Source: Candidatus Anderseniibacteriota bacterium (GTDB taxonomy: Bacteria; Patescibacteriota; Andersenbacteria; UBA10190). Taken from it: DNA of 64,000 nucleotides. Shown piece after piece: positions 60,000 through 64,000 of this stretch (within the stretch, counting starts at the first letter, position 1; every line of letters begins with the position of its first letter). The notes beneath the pieces were generated by a model. It saw nothing but the letters and a program-made list of their open reading frames with translations, searched no databases and had not been told where the DNA came from. The translations under genes were made by a program, and so were the position numbers. The DNA is taken from the NCBI GenBank assembly GCA_021414205.1, contig JAIOOW010000003.1:195370-259369 (forward strand). The letters run 5' to 3'.

Positions 60000-60070
60000 C
60001 AGGGGTGGAAGGAATCGAACCCTCGTTGGTCGCTTTGGAGGCGAATGTCTTACCACTAGACGACACCCCT
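60000..60070 (-). tRNA. tRNA-Trp (CCA), bacterial type
   Basis: AGGGGTG...CTCCAAA...TTCGATT...CACCCCT-G. Confidence 0.93.
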
Positions 60071-60117
60071 ATGGATGTTCATTGTACTGATATCCTGCTT
60101 GCTGTATAGTCTTCGCC

Positions 60118-60813
60118 TTACACTCTCGGATTTATCTGCGTAATGCTAATGAGGTCGGCGTGCACTAAAATACGGTGGCTGATAGACCACAATGGCCAAC
60201 ATGCCATAATCGACATGGTCGGGTACAGATGGTCGGATGGCACGGTGTAGCCGTTTGTCGGCACGATAGTTTCTGATTTGTATACCCTGTACGTGTATCG
60301 AGTACCTTTCCAATCTATGAGCATAGTATCTCCAGGCTTGATTTCATTGATACGGGTAAATGCGAATCTGTATTTGCCTTGCCATGGATATCCGGAGCTA
60401 TGAGCTGCCACGAAGACATTACCCAGTGCACCCGGTTCAACACCATTAGGATAGAGCGATGCTCCATTTTGGAGTGATGCAATCACGTCGGCGTCAGATA
60501 GCGATTTACTTTCAACGAGCGGAACGCTTACATCGATCGATGGAATGCGAATAAAATTTTGCCCTGCTTCAGCAGGATTGAAAGGGGGATTAAGAGGGAG
60601 CTTTGGGTATGGATGAAGAACAAGGTTGGGCGCAGAAGTCGGAGTTGGAGCAGGTACAGAGACCGTTTCTTGCGTTTGCTGGGTCGGTTGCTGCTGCGGA
60701 ATAACAAGGTTGCCAAATGCAGGAACGTACGAGATAAGAAGAAGAATAAGGCCGTAGAAAAAAGTCAGCGCAAACACGAATGTAGCAATAAATGTCACAA
60801 CAGGATGTTTCAT
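60118..60813 (-). CDS. Sortase family protein
   Basis: IRIPSI, PG..GNVFVAAHSS, ACWP and RILV provide the His/Cys/Arg triad. Confidence 0.9.
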   Translation of the reverse strand: MKHPVVTFIATFVFALTFFYGLILLLISYVPAFGNLVIPQQQPTQQTQETVSVPAPTPTSAPNLVLHPYPKLPLNPPFNPAEAGQNFIRIPSIDVSVPLVESKSLSDADVIASLQNGASLYPNGVEPGALGNVFVAAHSSGYPWQGKYRFAFTRINEIKPGDTMLIDWKGTRYTYRVYKSETIVPTNGYTVPSDHLYPTMSIMACWPLWSISHRILVHADLISITQINPRV

Positions 60814-60849
60814 AATGTTTTTTATTATAGCATAAATATGTAAAAAAAG

Positions 60850-60877
60850 CAAAAACCGCCTTGTTGGGCGGTTTTTG
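60850..60877. terminator. Terminator downstream of the histone-like gene
   Basis: caaaaaccgcc ttgttg ggcggtttttg. Confidence 0.7.
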
Positions 60878-60897
60878 TTTTGTAGGACCAAAAAGAC

Positions 60898-61074
60898 TTA
60901 TATGTCTTGTGGTTTTACAGTTGTTCGCTTGTTTCCTTTGGATCGCATAACAGCATCGTCTAATACCATCATGATTTTCTTATTGATAGCCTCAGGAAGG
61001 TCACCGGACATCTTTGCGTCCTTTTCTTTTAGATATGCTCGCACCTTGCTTGCAACAACGAGTAATTCGCTCAT
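60898..61074 (-). CDS. Bacterial histone-fold protein (58 aa), absent from the ORF track
   Basis: MSELLVVASKVRAYLKEKDAKMSGDLPEAINKKIMMVLDDAVMRSKGNKRTTVKPQDI; LVVxSKV start and RxTVxxxD L2 motif; AAGGAGGT SD; own terminator. Confidence 0.85.
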   Translation of the reverse strand: MSELLVVASKVRAYLKEKDAKMSGDLPEAINKKIMMVLDDAVMRSKGNKRTTVKPQDI

Positions 61075-61141
61075 AGATACCCACCTCCTTTACCGAAATG
61101 CATAAGATGTAATCTTTTCCACATCCATCAAAGTCTACCAT

Positions 61142-62260
61142 TTATGCAAGAAACAGGGCAAATGCGAGCAAAATGACTAATGATGCATGCCCGATCATGA
61201 TCGGGTGCTGGATCTCTATGCGAACAAAAATCGCAATAAGTAGCAATACGGCAATCGCGATAAAAATTGTGCCGATAAATTCGCGACTGATGCGTGAAAT
61301 AGTTGCGCCAAATACGGTGGCTGCTTGTGATGCCGGGTGAATGGTGAAGAGCGGTATTGCAGATATGACATCGGAATTTGATGCCACTGCAGAGTGCGCC
61401 GAGAATAATTGCCATGATCCGTCTGATGGAATCGCAAATTCTTCTGCATCAAACGAGGGAGATAAGATAATGCCAGAGATTGGGGGGATAGTTGATTGGT
61501 CTGTCGCAGGTTCAACTGAAGGCGTTGGGCTAGGAGTAGGAGATGGTTCGTTCGATGGCGAAGGCGCCGGGGTCGTTGTGGGGGTAAGTTTTGGCGGAAG
61601 TGCCTTTGCTTGCAGAAGTGCCGAAGGCGGAGGAGTGGGTTCTATAGTTGGTGCAGGCGTAGGTGCGGCTGCCGCTGCGAGTGGTTTCCCGAACATGTGC
61701 ACCACGATAATTGATGTGGACCCATTAAAGCTACCAGACTCTACTGCAACTCCCGTTTCGGTATAGTCTGTGCGGAGCATATTTTCTTTGTGCTTTGGAC
61801 TGGCAAGCCACCCAGCAACCACATCTTCTGCTGAGGTGAAATCCATAGCCAGATTTTCACCTGCTATTTCATAGGAATATCCGGATTGTTCCATCCAGTG
61901 CCATGGAGAAACCCCCGTCGGCGAGAAATGCGCAAAGTACTGATATTTAAACATGTCTTGCGCCTTTAACTCTGCTGCATGCGTAAGCGCGCCGTTTACT
62001 GCAAGATCTTTGAGCCCTACTTTTTCTCGTTCCGCATTCGTAAGCTGGATAATTCTATTCGTTGTAATAGTAGAGAGCGTCGCTTCGCTTGGAGTAAGCG
62101 CGATAATACTGATTGCAGCTATTTTTGCAGTAATTAGTAAGAGGGATATTGCTGTAAGAGACTTATGCCGCAAGGCAAGGGGATGGTGATTATTATCCGG
62201 ATGCGGAATAAAACATACCTTAGCGTGGTGAAGGCCACGCGCCAAAGTGGCATTGCTCAT
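61142..62260 (-). CDS. CAP/SCP domain membrane protein with a PT-rich linker
   Basis: LTNAER, KAQDM...YFAH, AGENLA and W.ASPKHKENML. Confidence 0.9.
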   Translation of the reverse strand: MSNATLARGLHHAKVCFIPHPDNNHHPLALRHKSLTAISLLLITAKIAAISIIALTPSEATLSTITTNRIIQLTNAEREKVGLKDLAVNGALTHAAELKAQDMFKYQYFAHFSPTGVSPWHWMEQSGYSYEIAGENLAMDFTSAEDVVAGWLASPKHKENMLRTDYTETGVAVESGSFNGSTSIIVVHMFGKPLAAAAAPTPAPTIEPTPPPSALLQAKALPPKLTPTTTPAPSPSNEPSPTPSPTPSVEPATDQSTIPPISGIILSPSFDAEEFAIPSDGSWQLFSAHSAVASNSDVISAIPLFTIHPASQAATVFGATISRISREFIGTIFIAIAVLLLIAIFVRIEIQHPIMIGHASLVILLAFALFLA

Positions 62261-62289
62261 ATGAGGTAGTGTATCGTATAAATAATCCT

Positions 62290-63357
62290 ATGAATATCGT
62301 TATCGTGGCAGGGGGCGGGGGAACAAGGCTTTGGCCTCTCTCTAAGAAGGCGTTGCCGAAGCAATTCCTAGATTTGGGAACGGGGAAAACTCTTATAGAG
62401 CATACGTTCGATAGAGCATTGCAATTAACTGATGCAAGTAATATTTACGTTGCTACTACCGAAGAACATGTGGCTAAGACAAAAGAGGTATTGCCAATGC
62501 TTTCTCCTAATCACATTTTCACAGAACCGGAGCGCCGAGAAACTGGCCCCGCGCTTGCAGCAACGGCGATCCAGCTGGTTGGATTAGGAAAAGGGGATGA
62601 GCCAGTTTTATTTTTGTGGGCTGATCATGTATTTACAGATGAGGCGTCTTTAGTAAGAGATTTGAATATCATGGGCGAGCTTGTTGCGAAAGATTCAAAC
62701 AGAATCGTTATTATGGGTCATGTGCCAGTGAGTCCGGAAACAGGATACGGTTATATGAAGATGGGCGAAAAAGTAGAAGGATATGACCATGTGCACAAGA
62801 TAGATGAATTCAAGGAAAAGCCCGACTTGGAAACGGCGGAGGGTTATGTTGCGGCTCAAACATATTTCTGGAATATGGGATACATATGCGTGACGCCGAA
62901 TTTCTTTTTGCAAGAACTTGCCGTGCATACGCCGGAGCTTGTGAGCGGAGTGAGAAAATTTGCAGAGGCGCTTGCAGGTCATGATGAGCAGCAAGCAAAA
63001 AATGCCTATCATGAACTCCCAAAAATCGCGATCGACTATGCGCTCAATGAAAAAACAAAGCATATTATTGCAGTAACAGGCGATTACGGATGGAGCGACG
63101 TAGGAAGTTGGGCAGTGGTGAAGGAATTATTTGGCGTGGATGGCGACCATGTGCCAAAAGGGCATCATGTGCATGTGGATAGCGATAATAATTATATTTA
63201 TAATGCTACAGACAAAGCTGTATCGCTCATTGGTATTCATAATACGGTAGTAGTGGTGACGGATAATGCGATTTTAATTTCGGATACTGCAAGTTCTCAG
63301 AAAGTAAAAGATGTAGTGAAGAAAATTGAAGAGAATGGGAAGGATGAATATTTATGA
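62290..63357 (+). CDS. manC: Mannose-1-phosphate guanylyltransferase
   Basis: AGGGGTRLWPLS..PKQF, ETGYGY, FKEKPD and WSDVGSW. Confidence 0.9.
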   Translation: MNIVIVAGGGGTRLWPLSKKALPKQFLDLGTGKTLIEHTFDRALQLTDASNIYVATTEEHVAKTKEVLPMLSPNHIFTEPERRETGPALAATAIQLVGLGKGDEPVLFLWADHVFTDEASLVRDLNIMGELVAKDSNRIVIMGHVPVSPETGYGYMKMGEKVEGYDHVHKIDEFKEKPDLETAEGYVAAQTYFWNMGYICVTPNFFLQELAVHTPELVSGVRKFAEALAGHDEQQAKNAYHELPKIAIDYALNEKTKHIIAVTGDYGWSDVGSWAVVKELFGVDGDHVPKGHHVHVDSDNNYIYNATDKAVSLIGIHNTVVVVTDNAILISDTASSQKVKDVVKKIEENGKDEYL

Positions 63358-64000
63358 TTAGTATCACTAACCCGAAGAAGTTCAGTATTATCGTATTTCT
63401 TGTAGTTATTATTTTGGGCGCAATTGCATTTAGATACGTGTGGGGTGCGGGAGTGATGTTGAAAACGGGCGATATAGAAATTCGACAAGGAGAACCTGCT
63501 TCTCAAATATGGCGCGACCTGGTGAATGACGGATACTCTGACCGCACGATTCCGTGGAAGTGGTACGGCCGTTCCGGAAGCGCGGAGAAGATTCAGGCAG
63601 GCATATACCATGTAGAAAAAGGCGAAAAAATAAAACCGGTTATTACCAGATTCATCACCGGCGATGTATCGGATAGTGAAGTGTCTATTACATTCCCAGA
63701 AGGATTTACGCTGCAGCAGATTGGGCAGCGTCTTGAGCAGCACGGAATTGGTACAGCGAAAGATTTTGAGAAAGAAGCTATTGTAAAAAACTATTCGGAC
63801 AAGTTCTCGTTTTTATCTCCACTTTCCCCGAATCGATCATTAGAGGGTTACCTATTCCCAGATACGTATCGAATTGCAAAAAGCGATACTGCGCATGATG
63901 TGATTATGAAAATGTTGGGCAATTTTGATGTAAAAGTTACGCAGGATATGCGTGATAGCGCAAAGTCACAGGGTAGAACGCTCGACCAAGTAGTTATTGT
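63354..64000 (+). CDS. mltG: Endolytic transglycosylase MltG (3'-truncated by the window)
   Basis: Hand translation gives a TM, IQAGIY, ITFPEGFT and LEGYLFPDTY; ATGA overlap with manC. Confidence 0.9.
   Translation, partial: MISITNPKKFSIIVFLVVIILGAIAFRYVWGAGVMLKTGDIEIRQGEPASQIWRDLVNDGYSDRTIPWKWYGRSGSAEKIQAGIYHVEKGEKIKPVITRFITGDVSDSEVSITFPEGFTLQQIGQRLEQHGIGTAKDFEKEAIVKNYSDKFSFLSPLSPNRSLEGYLFPDTYRIAKSDTAHDVIMKMLGNFDVKVTQDMRDSAKSQGRTLDQVVI

Overview
Chromosomal window from a Patescibacteria (CPR)-type bacterium using genetic code 11. The taxonomy is inferred from the short editing-less ThrRS, the archaeal-type TyrRS, Pro/Thr-rich surface proteins and mostly leaderless core genes. The backbone is housekeeping: gatA/gatB, gpmI, pheST, gyrB, secE-nusG-rplK-rplA, tmk x2, dcd-dut, miaA, thrS, dnaE, rodA, rplY, rpmE-prfA-prmC, rpsB-tsf, tyrS, rpmG, a sortase, manC, mltG and seven tRNAs. 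Highlights: (1) Two gene architectures are interleaved. Many core genes have a -10 box about 6-8 nt before the ATG and no Shine-Dalgarno. About a dozen accessory units instead combine a sigma70 promoter, a boxA-like motif, a strong SD, an ORF and a terminator; they include two stand-alone ClpC N-domain proteins. (2) An unannotated 58-aa Bd0055-like bacterial histone. (3) An AT-rich island at the tRNA-Tyr 3' end with a PIN-like gene, a HEPN/DUF4209-like gene and a decayed recombinase whose C-terminus is split across the junctions. (4) Two highly structured candidate ncRNAs. (5) An archaeal-type tRNA-Tyr/TyrRS pair, with tRNA-Tyr abutting the CCA of tRNA-Thr with no spacer. (6) A tandem Tmk pair in which one copy lacks the Walker A lysine. 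All family assignments come from motif recognition by eye; no database searches were run.
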